From: Bdellovibrionales bacterium
Lineage (GTDB): Bacteria; Bdellovibrionota; Bdellovibrionia; Bdellovibrionales; DASUEL01
DNA length: 64,000 bases
Direction of reading: 5' to 3'
NCBI GenBank assembly: GCA_050250255.1
Contig: JBFWOZ010000005.1
Span: 32,001 to 96,000 of the forward strand
The translations under genes and the position numbers were made by a program. The notes under the pieces were generated by a model. The model saw only the letters and a program-made list of their open reading frames with translations. It searched no databases and was not told the DNA's origin. The first letter of the stretch is position 1. Every line of letters starts with the position of its first letter. Below, piece after piece: positions 30,373 to 38,936 of the stretch.

Positions 30373-31047
30373 ATGCAAACTATTGGGCTAAAAATAATGA
30401 GTATTATAGCGATGATTTTACTTCTTGAAGATTCTGGGTGGGCTCAGTATACACCGCAGACCTACGCTACCGCGGCCCACACCCGAGGACGATTAATCAC
30501 CGCATCCGCACATGACCACCAAATTCTTTTACTGGAACATAGTACCGCAGAACTCTCTAAGTTTAAGCAGTATGCTTTTTTTGGAATACGAGATATCGAG
30601 AACGGTCTGCGAAGACAAGTCTTCGGCTTTAGAAAAGTAGGCGCTAATCTAGTTGAATCTGAATTGATGACAGAGCTCACTCGCGCATCTCCTCATGAAT
30701 CTAGTTTTGATGGCTACTTTTTTTCTGAAGGCGGAAAAAAAGGTGAACCCGTTCTTATGAAGTCTCTGGGAGACCCTGACTTTAGCGGAAGCTATTCCAT
30801 CTTTTTCTCCAATCGCAAAATCGCACGCAACGAAACCGGAGATGCTCGTCGGTACGAATCTCTAGATCTTCTCCTTGCAGAAGGACGTGACGGCAGACAC
30901 CATCCTATCTACTTGGATCCCAAATCACTTACACCTATCAATTCAGACTCAAACATTGAAAAACAGAGCTTTTACTCATGGCTGAGAAGGCAAAAACTCT
31001 CAGGACCTAAAGCCACTAAAGGTAAATGTGCTATTCTTCATTACTGA
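30373..31047 (+). CDS. Exported hypothetical protein
   Basis: Likely ATG 30373 (track starts at 30244); hydrophobic N-terminus ending SGWA|Q; ends GKCAILHY. Confidence 0.6.
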   Translation: MQTIGLKIMSIIAMILLLEDSGWAQYTPQTYATAAHTRGRLITASAHDHQILLLEHSTAELSKFKQYAFFGIRDIENGLRRQVFGFRKVGANLVESELMTELTRASPHESSFDGYFFSEGGKKGEPVLMKSLGDPDFSGSYSIFFSNRKIARNETGDARRYESLDLLLAEGRDGRHHPIYLDPKSLTPINSDSNIEKQSFYSWLRRQKLSGPKATKGKCAILHY

Positions 31048-31083
31048 CTCAGCTAAAAAATGTTTTGCGTAACAACAAACGTA

Positions 31084-31142
31084 TTTTGTCCTGTCCTTCC
31101 GTTTTACTCGAATGCCTCCAGATGATCGGAGGTATTCACTTC
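31084..31142 (+). repeat. 59-bp direct repeat, copy 2
   Basis: See copy 1; the single stem substitution (A>G) keeps a G-U pair. Confidence 0.95.
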
Positions 31143-31172
31143 AACGATGCCTCTCTAGCCTCCACTATTGTT

Positions 31173-31188
31173 TGGCTCACATTTTGCA
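31173..31188 (+). promoter_or_regulatory. Putative sigma54 (-24/-12) promoter
   Basis: TGGCTCACATTTTGCA: GG-N10-GC with TTGCA; places the start site at about ATG 31201. Confidence 0.5.
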
Positions 31189-31200
31189 ATTTCTAACAGA

Positions 31201-32037
31201 ATGCGCTGGCTCTTACTTACTTTTTTATATTTATCAATAGCTCAAGCTCATGCAACTCCACTCTCTTGTGGTGGCCTAAGCGGAGAAGACTATAGTCGTT
31301 TTTTTCGTAACAGTTCTACATTAGCTACAAAAAAAACTTATATTCCCAATATGTTAGAAGTTGAAGCCTATTTTAAGGAATGGCTTCTCAGCGAAAATAC
31401 AAGCCAAACCTTTAAAGAGATGTTTTTTCAACTCCATCACCTGGCTGCAAATGGAAGCTCCGGCCGTTCCACCTACCGCCCACCTAAATCCCCTCCCAAT
31501 ATGAGGATAGGAGAAAAAAGGCAAGTCGCTCCTGTTCATTTAATTTTTGATCAAACGGTCATTAAAGAAATTCTTAAGTTAACAAGTCTAGAATGGAGAA
31601 CTGATAGAGACGCCATCTATAGAATAAAATTGAGAGAGCCCCCTCCTGTCCTCCCCACTTTTTTTGCTCGTGGCGAAAAGCCCAATCGTGTCGGCCAAAT
31701 TGAAATGGTTCATGCGATGGATCATGAATTAGAAGCCATTCACTCCAAAATGTCACATTTGCTTTCGGAAATTCGTTTAGATCTACAGCAGAAAAAACCA
31801 ACGCGCACTGTGCTTGAAAAACTCGCTTACTACTACCAACTTGGTTGTTTCGCACACACCTTTGAACGTATTAATAATTCTATATTAATGGCTCAGGTGA
31901 ATGTTGTGCTCTCCTTACTTAGTATAACGCCGATCCCCCATGGTAATATGGATATGATTATGCGGTCAGTAGATACCGATAAGGCGACGGAATATTTTTT
32001 TCAGCAAATAGAGCATGTCAACGGACCCATAAAATAA
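31201..32037 (+). CDS. Exported protein with a divergent Fic/Fido domain
   Basis: Signal peptide ...AQAHA|T; LHHLAANG...GEKR, then LAYYYQLGCFAHTFERINNSILMAQVN aligning to HPFxxGNGR. Confidence 0.6.
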   Translation: MRWLLLTFLYLSIAQAHATPLSCGGLSGEDYSRFFRNSSTLATKKTYIPNMLEVEAYFKEWLLSENTSQTFKEMFFQLHHLAANGSSGRSTYRPPKSPPNMRIGEKRQVAPVHLIFDQTVIKEILKLTSLEWRTDRDAIYRIKLREPPPVLPTFFARGEKPNRVGQIEMVHAMDHELEAIHSKMSHLLSEIRLDLQQKKPTRTVLEKLAYYYQLGCFAHTFERINNSILMAQVNVVLSLLSITPIPHGNMDMIMRSVDTDKATEYFFQQIEHVNGPIK

Positions 32038-32340
32038 AAAAGCCTACTGTTTCCAATCCACTCTTTCAATAAATTACTTCATACAAGAAAAACATAAATA
32101 AATTCTCAAAATGATTGACGTGAAATTTTTGTCTTTATTATGTCGGAAGCTTGAGCAATGGCACAATAAATTTTAAATTTATGTTTTAGGAAAATAAATT
32201 CAGCACAGGCGAATAGCGCCCTCAATATTAAACTTTAAAAGCTGGTTCTCCTCCCGTATTTTCATCACCAAAAAAACTCATGCTACAACTTCTTCAGCGA
32301 AGCTGAATCGTTTTTAGTTTCCAAATTTAAAGGAGCGTAG

Positions 32341-33345
32341 ATGAAAAATATGAAAGATGCAGAACTTTTAGTTCTAATTAAATCTAAAGTCCAAGCAGAG
32401 AGAAACCTGACGCTAGAAATCATTGATATTTTGCAGGAGATTCAAAGTCGTAGGCTTCATTTGCAGCGAGGCTATTCTTCTCTTCATGAGTTTTGCGTAA
32501 AAGAACTAAAATATTCTGATGGAGCAGCTTACCGAAGAATTAAGGCAATGAAACTTGTGGAAGAAATGCCTGAGGCTATTAAGTCTATTGAGAGCGGAAG
32601 TCTTACTTTGACAACTGCAAGCCAACTACAAAATGTTTTTGAATCAAAAGCGAAAACCGCTAGACCGCTTACTCAAAATGAAAAAGCTAAACTCTTCCGC
32701 CAGATACAAAACCAATCCCGCCAAGAGGTAGAACGAACGATTGCAAAGGTCTGCCCTGAAATCATTAAGCGCGATGAGAAAGTGAGGATGCTTAATAATA
32801 TGCAAGTGAAAGTGGAACTCATTCTCGATGAGAAGCTTTACGCGAAGCTCGAAAGACTTAAAAATCTCACATCCCATAGAAACAAAAACTTCGTTGAGTT
32901 AATTGAGCATTTAGCAGACCAAGAATTAAAACGCATTGATCCTGAAGAAAAGGCGAAAATAAAAACCTCAAGCTCAAAGAAATCTTCTAATGCTGCAGCT
33001 CATAAAAATAGCGGCAATGGTTCATTCAAAACAGCTTCTCCAACGAAGCTTGATTTAACCCACGTGAAGACGAAAAACTCACGCTACATTCCTTCAGCAA
33101 TCAGACATGCTGCTTGGATGAATAGTAAAGGTCGCTGCACATTTATCGATCCACTTACGAAAAGAAGATGTGATTCGAACCATCGACTTCAATTGGAGCA
33201 TATTAAGCCCTATGCAATTGGTGGAGAAAACTCCGTCGACAACTTAAGAATACTTTGTGCGAATCACAACGAACTTACTGCGATTCGATTTTATGGGAAA
33301 AATAAAATTGAAAGTTATCAGCACCAAGGATCTGGTTGCTTCTAA
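32341..33345 (+). CDS. HNH endonuclease with DUF222-like N-terminus
   Basis: GYSSLHEFCVKELKYSDGAAYRRI N-terminal block; SRYIP...RC...C...LEHIKPYAIGGENSVDNLRILCANHN HNH/zinc motif; AAGGAG SD. Confidence 0.9.
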   Translation: MKNMKDAELLVLIKSKVQAERNLTLEIIDILQEIQSRRLHLQRGYSSLHEFCVKELKYSDGAAYRRIKAMKLVEEMPEAIKSIESGSLTLTTASQLQNVFESKAKTARPLTQNEKAKLFRQIQNQSRQEVERTIAKVCPEIIKRDEKVRMLNNMQVKVELILDEKLYAKLERLKNLTSHRNKNFVELIEHLADQELKRIDPEEKAKIKTSSSKKSSNAAAHKNSGNGSFKTASPTKLDLTHVKTKNSRYIPSAIRHAAWMNSKGRCTFIDPLTKRRCDSNHRLQLEHIKPYAIGGENSVDNLRILCANHNELTAIRFYGKNKIESYQHQGSGCF

Positions 33346-33410
33346 ACTCGATCCTTACATTGGCACCTCCAAAGAAGCTTAATTTTCGAAATTTCAAAGA
33401 AGTCTAATGA

Positions 33411-33490
33411 AACTGCCAAACTTTAGCCCGCGAAGCGGGTGAGGGCCGGAAGCCCGAATTTGGCAGTTGACCAACCATGGATGGGCGGCC
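33411..33490. repeat. Y-shaped palindromic (REP-like) element
   Basis: AACTGCCAAA/TTTGGCAGTT stem enclosing GCCCGC-GAA-GCGGGT and GGGC-CGGAA-GCCC, then CC-ATGGAT-GG. Confidence 0.7.
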
Positions 33491-33563
33491 TCTCACAAGA
33501 TAACTTGCCAATAAAAAAGCCCACTGTTTCCAGCAGGCTTCTTCATTTTCAATAAGAAATATC

Positions 33564-35345
33564 TTAATGAGTTGCGAGCTGAGAAACCGCTACACCGCTA
33601 TTCATCCAGTCTTGAACCAGCTTATAGTTTGCAGAGATCGCTTTTTGCTCGTAACGAAGAGGAACCTCAAACGGATTCACTCTTTGAGATGCGAACGTGC
33701 TCTTCAGCTTCATCAGTTCATCATCCATATATCCAGGAACCTTCTTCCATGTGCCACGAACCGCTTCATTCAGCTTCATGTAAGTCATGCCTTCGTAACC
33801 CAATTCTGTGAATGATCTTCCGCGGAAAACCATGTCCCAAAATAGAGATGGTAGATAAATGGAAATTCCGATATTGAACGCGCTTCCTAACCACTTACCA
33901 AAATTCAAGTTTTGTGGCATCACGATACGTACCGCATCGGTGAATACTTCAAGAACCACACGGTTAAAGTGTTTATACCAACCTACGTTTTCGTAATGAA
34001 GCCAAGAAGGTTGCTTTGTGAGCCAATTTCTTGGAATCGCTAAAGAGACAATCCCCTTCTTCTTTTCATCTTTGAAGACCGTTGCGTGACGGTTGTCTGA
34101 CCAAACCATAGCTGTGTATTTCTTCTTTTGAAGCCATTCTAAGTTTTGGTTACGTGCCTTTTCTTCTTTTTCCGTGACGATTCTTCGCTTTTCCACGCCG
34201 TCTGTCACGTCATCCGTTTCGATCATTTTATTGAGATAAAGCATCGTGATGGAAGTGTCGACGAAACTTCCTGGATCTTCCCACGGAATATTGATCGGAT
34301 ATTCTTCTCTCACGTAAGCTTCAAGAAGTTCTTGAAGAGCGTTCTCATGAGCATTCTGACGATTTTTTAAGCCGTTCGCAATACGAGATACGAAAAGAGA
34401 AATAAAAGAACCATATTTACCGAGAATAGATTCAAGGATCGCGGCGTTACGCTCCAAGTTACTGAGTCCATACTTATACGCTAAGATGTCGTACGGATTA
34501 TAGTAGTTGAGCACCCAACCCGGAAGTTGAGGAGCTTGCTCCCCTAGCACGTTCATTGGCGCCCATTCTAAATTAAATTCTTGAGCGTCTTCGCTCCAAT
34601 TCATTTTGAATTGAGCAATGAAATCCTGCAAACCTTCGCGCTTCAGATCCTTCTTTAAAACCAATTTCGAAAACTCCGCCATAATGGGATAAAGCTTGTT
34701 TTCTTTTTCGGAAGATATATAAAGATCGGCCATTGTAAAAGAAGTGGGCTTAAATCCCGAACGTCCTTTTCCGCCAGCAAGACGAGCTCCAACGTTTTTA
34801 GCGAGCCATTCGTCACGGAACTCTAATTTCGCAAATTCTTTTTTGCCACGAGCGATATCGCTTTCTGCAGAAGGAGTAAGCCATTTCGCTTCTTCCTTCG
34901 CAAAATCCGTATAGAACTGTTGATAAGTGGCGTCGGTTTCGTCACTTGGATCAAAATACATTCCATGACGAAGCACGTTTTCATTTTTCAACACGTCTTC
35001 TGGTGTCTCGTTCATTTTACGGTACTTATTCCAAAGACTTCTCAGAGACCATCCTCCGATTCCTATAGAACCAAGAAGCATGCTCTTCCACGTAAGAGGG
35101 TCCATCGTGTAATCAAACGCGACGACTGGGTAACCATCTGGATCAAATAAAAATCCAAAACGATCCGCCACCTTGTAAAGCTTGAACTCCCCAGAAGGAG
35201 CAACAGCTTTTTTCTGCATTTCCTGCAGCGTAGGCGTTTTTTTGTATTTCGGGTTCTCCATAATTTCCTTCCAACTTCGTGGAAGGCCGGCATTGGCTGT
35301 AGATACCAGCGCAATACCAATAAAAAAGGCAAGAAAGCGACTCAT
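33564..35345 (-). CDS. Exported hypothetical protein (593 aa)
   Basis: Signal peptide ...TANA|G, AAGGAGG SD, long ORF; no recognised domain. Confidence 0.85.
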   Translation of the reverse strand: MSRFLAFFIGIALVSTANAGLPRSWKEIMENPKYKKTPTLQEMQKKAVAPSGEFKLYKVADRFGFLFDPDGYPVVAFDYTMDPLTWKSMLLGSIGIGGWSLRSLWNKYRKMNETPEDVLKNENVLRHGMYFDPSDETDATYQQFYTDFAKEEAKWLTPSAESDIARGKKEFAKLEFRDEWLAKNVGARLAGGKGRSGFKPTSFTMADLYISSEKENKLYPIMAEFSKLVLKKDLKREGLQDFIAQFKMNWSEDAQEFNLEWAPMNVLGEQAPQLPGWVLNYYNPYDILAYKYGLSNLERNAAILESILGKYGSFISLFVSRIANGLKNRQNAHENALQELLEAYVREEYPINIPWEDPGSFVDTSITMLYLNKMIETDDVTDGVEKRRIVTEKEEKARNQNLEWLQKKKYTAMVWSDNRHATVFKDEKKKGIVSLAIPRNWLTKQPSWLHYENVGWYKHFNRVVLEVFTDAVRIVMPQNLNFGKWLGSAFNIGISIYLPSLFWDMVFRGRSFTELGYEGMTYMKLNEAVRGTWKKVPGYMDDELMKLKSTFASQRVNPFEVPLRYEQKAISANYKLVQDWMNSGVAVSQLATH

Positions 35346-35590
35346 TGTTCCTCCTTGAATGATGAGCGTTCAATTTCTAATCTAATCCTTTTTTATTGAT
35401 GCCACTATGCCATACCTGTCGATTTAGAAATTCTGAACCTACGTCGCAAGACTTTAAACACGTACAGTCGTGTGCGATTTTCTCTCGATAAAATGTCTAT
35501 TTCCTCTCGTAAAAAATCTGATTCTTTTTTTGAGACGCAAAGATCTTCTTTTTTGATTATTTTTTATTCAATGTTTTCAAATACTTAGCC

Positions 35591-35618
35591 TAAAGGTGCG
35601 GAGACCTTAGTCCGAAAA
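35591..35618 (+). promoter_or_regulatory. Putative sigma28-type promoter
   Basis: TAAA-N16-TCCGAAAA upstream of the 35656 lipoprotein gene. Confidence 0.45.
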
Positions 35619-35655
35619 GTATTTATCTCTAGATGAAAAGAGAAAAGGAGTTCCA

Positions 35656-36435
35656 ATGAAAACGCTCAACTTACATGGATTGTTATTGTTTTGCATCCTA
35701 AGCGTCGCGTGTTCACCGAAGAGTTTTACACCGGTGAGTACTTTGGCCTGTGAAGGTTGCCAAGGCTCTAACGATTCGAACAAAGAAGAAACCCCACCCA
35801 TCACTTTCGCCGAGCAAGACTTAGAGGGAGCCGCAGACGGTGGTGCCAACGACAAAGCCATTCTTATTCACTTCAACAAAACCACAAAGATGTTCCAGAT
35901 TAAAATTCCTATCGCGGGGCTGAACCTCAGCATCGATACGACCATTCCTCAGATTCCCGATAGCCATGTGGAAGTGGTGATGGAAGACATCAGTGGAAAC
36001 GGTGTGTTTATTCCCGTACTTCTTGTGGAAATTCCAGGCGTGTATGTTCTTGGTAAACTCGGTTTCGACCCGGGCCAATTAGGCCTCGATCCCACTCGCC
36101 TTCCTAACGGAGACCTCATCCCTCCTATGCCAGGCGGCGAAGGGCCTGCCATTTCCTTTTTGATACCGAACATCAATCACGTGGTTCGCCTCTATCTTGG
36201 GATCAATGTGATTGGGGTATTTATAGAAGCAGGCTTTGTTCCAACGCTCCCCGTGGTGACCCAGATCACCTTCCCGATCAAGAACAAGTCCCGTAATGAA
36301 GTGATAGGTTATACCTCTTTGATTTCTAAGAAAGTCCCTTTTAACGGCGGATTCTTCGTCTCCCTCGTTATGCCTCGACAAATTGCCGGTGATCTCGACG
36401 ATTTCTTAGCGAAATTTATCACGACCGCAAATTGA
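35656..36435 (+). CDS. Hypothetical lipoprotein
   Basis: Lipobox LSVA-C, AAGGAG SD; LPNGDLIPPMPGGEGP segment. Confidence 0.8.
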   Translation: MKTLNLHGLLLFCILSVACSPKSFTPVSTLACEGCQGSNDSNKEETPPITFAEQDLEGAADGGANDKAILIHFNKTTKMFQIKIPIAGLNLSIDTTIPQIPDSHVEVVMEDISGNGVFIPVLLVEIPGVYVLGKLGFDPGQLGLDPTRLPNGDLIPPMPGGEGPAISFLIPNINHVVRLYLGINVIGVFIEAGFVPTLPVVTQITFPIKNKSRNEVIGYTSLISKKVPFNGGFFVSLVMPRQIAGDLDDFLAKFITTAN

Positions 36436-36593
36436 CGCTACCCTTCAGAAGCCTCGAAGGGGCCTAAGGCCCCTTCCGAGATCTTGAAAACCTCTGAGTT
36501 CTGACTTTTTTTGTTGATTAAAGAGGCATTCCTTTGATTAATCATAATGGTGAGATTTCACTAACTTCATAGACAACGGACTGAGGAGCTATC

Positions 36594-37010
36594 ATGGCAA
36601 AGAAAAAGAAGACTAAAAAAGTAGCGAAAAAAACAACTAAGAAAGCCGCTAAAAAAACGACTAAAAAAGTGGCAAAGAAAACGACTAAAAAAGCCGCTCC
36701 AAAAAAAGCAGCGAAAAAGGCAACTAAGAAGGCGACCGCTAAAAAAGCAGCCCCTAAAAAAGCGGCTGCTCCTAAGAAAAAGGCGAAGTCTTCAGTAATG
36801 CCAGCCGCTGCCAGCGGATTCGCATCAGGATTTAATTCAGGCGAAGAATCCATTGAGTCTGTTGAGACCATGGATGATGCTGCTACTGATGAGTTGTCAG
36901 GAGAGCCTACTGCTGAGACTGAAAACTACGAAAATCTTAATGACGACGATGCGTTTGATGATGATGATGAAGCTGAAGAAGAAGCTGACGACGACGAAGG
37001 TTACTTCTAA
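36594..37010 (+). CDS. Histone H1-like Lys/Ala-rich protein with acidic C-terminal tail
   Basis: KKxAKKTT / PKKAA repeats over ~65 aa, then a D/E-rich tail; GAGGAG SD and a downstream terminator. Confidence 0.8.
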   Translation: MAKKKKTKKVAKKTTKKAAKKTTKKVAKKTTKKAAPKKAAKKATKKATAKKAAPKKAAAPKKKAKSSVMPAAASGFASGFNSGEESIESVETMDDAATDELSGEPTAETENYENLNDDDAFDDDDEAEEEADDDEGYF

Positions 37011-37039
37011 TTTTTAAATGAACTTCTCGTGTGATTTTT

Positions 37040-37067
37040 AAAAAAAGGGAGCTCGGCTCCCTTTTTT
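37040..37067. terminator. Bidirectional intrinsic terminator
   Basis: A7-GGGAGC-TCG-GCTCCC-T6 between convergent genes. Confidence 0.85.
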
Positions 37068-37084
37068 ATTTCAACATTACTTAC

Positions 37085-37804
37085 TTATTTGAATAAACGA
37101 CCTTTATCGATTGTTACAGAGACAACGCCATAGTAGCCCCACTTACGTTCCTTACTACCATCTTCGTGGGTATTCTTCGTCACACCACGACCACCTTCAA
37201 CGGTGAGATTCTTTGGCAAACGAATTCCAACACCAAAGCCGCCAAAAACTTGAGTTTTGACTTGGTTGTCATGTTCTGTGTCAGAAACATCCATGTATCT
37301 CATCGCATAAAGCTTAGAGCTCACATAGACATATTTCCAACCAAGAGCCGCAAGAGGAGTCACCTTTGCTGAGAGTCCACCACCGAGTGCTGGCATCAAA
37401 GGAACGGTTACATCAGCTTGTACAGTAAAAGTATCTGCTAACACGCTGACACCTGCGCCCACTGTTAAGAGACCAACTGAACCCATAGTATCATCGCCAG
37501 ATTTGACGGTAGCTCCCGCACCAACATCCACATTATAGTTGATATTTTTCCAACTTTTCACATAAACAACTCGTGATTTTTCATCAAGTTCATTGTTTTT
37601 GCCTACGGGAATTAACAAAAAATCCTTATCAAGTGCATGTTCACTCACAATCACTTTTCCGGCTTCAATCGTCTCCATGGTTTCAGCAGGATTTGATCCA
37701 AATAGATTTTGGTAAAGGTGAGGATTCATTGGCTCTGCAGAAACGTCTTGCGCCAAAAAATTGAGAGCAAGCAATAGTGCCGCAGCAAATGCTGTTTTAT
37801 TCAT
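37085..37804 (-). CDS. Exported protein, probable small outer-membrane beta-barrel
   Basis: Signal peptide ...DVSA|E; alternating Gly/hydrophobic strands (GGFGVGIRL, WGYYGVVSVTI). Confidence 0.6.
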   Translation of the reverse strand: MNKTAFAAALLLALNFLAQDVSAEPMNPHLYQNLFGSNPAETMETIEAGKVIVSEHALDKDFLLIPVGKNNELDEKSRVVYVKSWKNINYNVDVGAGATVKSGDDTMGSVGLLTVGAGVSVLADTFTVQADVTVPLMPALGGGLSAKVTPLAALGWKYVYVSSKLYAMRYMDVSDTEHDNQVKTQVFGGFGVGIRLPKNLTVEGGRGVTKNTHEDGSKERKWGYYGVVSVTIDKGRLFK

Positions 37805-37830
37805 CAGTACTCCTTGTAAGGGTTAAAAGA

Positions 37831-37862
37831 TAAAGGGGGGAGCCTTATTGCTCCCCCCTTTA
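37831..37862 (-). terminator. Intrinsic terminator of the sigma54 activator gene
   Basis: TAAAGGGGGGAGC-N6-GCTCCCCCCTTTA. Confidence 0.8.
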
Positions 37863-37886
37863 TTAAATTCGTAAATGAAAAATGAA

Positions 37887-38936
37887 TTAAAGTTTAACTT
37901 TTGAGTGAATGGCAAAGTTCTCAAACTCACCGTACTCATGAAGCTTATTATAAAGCGTCTTGATCGTGATTCCGAGAGCGTTGGCCGCTTGGGTCTTATT
38001 CCCTTTGAAGTGACTCAAAGCTTTTAAGATATAGCGTTTTTCCAATTCATGAATCGTCATGGTTGGATCGTAATCGTCCATCATGATTTTAACGTCAGGG
38101 TTCTTGATATTTTCAGGAAGATCTCCTGGCATAATCGTATGACCTTCAGCCAAAATCTGCATGCGTTCGCAAATGTTTTGCAACTCACGAATATTTCCTG
38201 GCCAGTCGTACTTCATCAAAAACGTCATCGCTTCCTCACTCACGCTCGTCTTTTGAGCGGGATTTGAGGGATGCGAACTCAAAAAGTATTCTACAAGAAG
38301 AGAAATATCTTCTTTTCTTTGGCGAAGAGGAGGCATTTGAGCCGTAATCGTATTTACGCGATAAAACAAATCTTCACGGAATCGACCTTTAGTGACTTCG
38401 ACTTCAAGATCTTTATTCGTAGCACTGACTAAACGAATATCCACTTTAATGGGGTCTTTACCACCAACGCGGAAAATTTCTCCCTCTTGAATGAAGCGAA
38501 GAAGCTTCGCTTGGATACCTGGACTCAGTTCACCGATTTCATCAAGGAAAAGAGTTCCACCGTTTGCTACTTCCGCAAGACCGATCTTACGTGTGTAGGC
38601 ACCCGTAAAGGCTCCCTTTTCGTGACCAAATAATTCACTCTCGAGAAGAGTTTCACGAAGAGCACCACAGTTAATAGCTACAAACGGCTTAAACTTACGG
38701 GGGCTTCTTTCATGGATGGCGCGGGCGATAAGTTCTTTACCCGTACCGCTTTCTCCCAATACAAGAACGGTAGCTTGAGAAGGGGCTACACGCTCCACAA
38801 GCTTGATCATGCGATTCATCGCTTCGGATCTATAGATGATCTTGCTTGTTTCTGGTCCAGTCGTCTTGCGGTTATAGTTCCCCGACATCATACTGGAAGG
38901 GAGAATAGGATTATTCGCTTCTGACATACGTACCAC
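37887..38936 (-). CDS. Sigma54-dependent Fis-family activator without an N-terminal sensor domain
   Basis: GESGTGKE, ESELFGHEKGAFTGA, FLDEIGE, WPGNIRELQN, GNKTQAANALGI; only ~30 aa precede the AAA+ domain. Confidence 0.92.
   Translation of the reverse strand: MVRMSEANNPILPSSMMSGNYNRKTTGPETSKIIYRSEAMNRMIKLVERVAPSQATVLVLGESGTGKELIARAIHERSPRKFKPFVAINCGALRETLLESELFGHEKGAFTGAYTRKIGLAEVANGGTLFLDEIGELSPGIQAKLLRFIQEGEIFRVGGKDPIKVDIRLVSATNKDLEVEVTKGRFREDLFYRVNTITAQMPPLRQRKEDISLLVEYFLSSHPSNPAQKTSVSEEAMTFLMKYDWPGNIRELQNICERMQILAEGHTIMPGDLPENIKNPDVKIMMDDYDPTMTIHELEKRYILKALSHFKGNKTQAANALGITIKTLYNKLHEYGEFENFAIHSKVKL

Larger units (their letters stand above)
32033..33532 (+). mobile_element. Candidate HNH-endonuclease selfish element bounded by a 23-bp direct repeat
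   Basis: AATAAAAAAGCC(T/C)ACTGTTTCCA at 32033-32055 and 33510-33532 encloses only the HNH gene, an AT-rich leader and a structured tail. Confidence 0.5.

Noticed and set aside
30060..31142. 59-bp repeats as integron attC sites or a CRISPR array
   Set aside because: No complementary RYYYAAC/GTTRRRY ends, only two copies ~1 kb apart, no cas genes, and the recombinase in the window is Xer-type rather than IntI.
33345..33532. HNH gene as an IscB/HEARO or Cas9-like RNA-guided nuclease
   Set aside because: No RuvC motifs or PLMP N-terminus, and the structured tail is far shorter than an omegaRNA; it is kept only as an unclassified structured element.
36542..36871. Hydrophobic minus-strand ORF (FLAAF repeats)
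   Set aside because: It is the antisense mirror of the Lys/Ala-rich H1-like gene.
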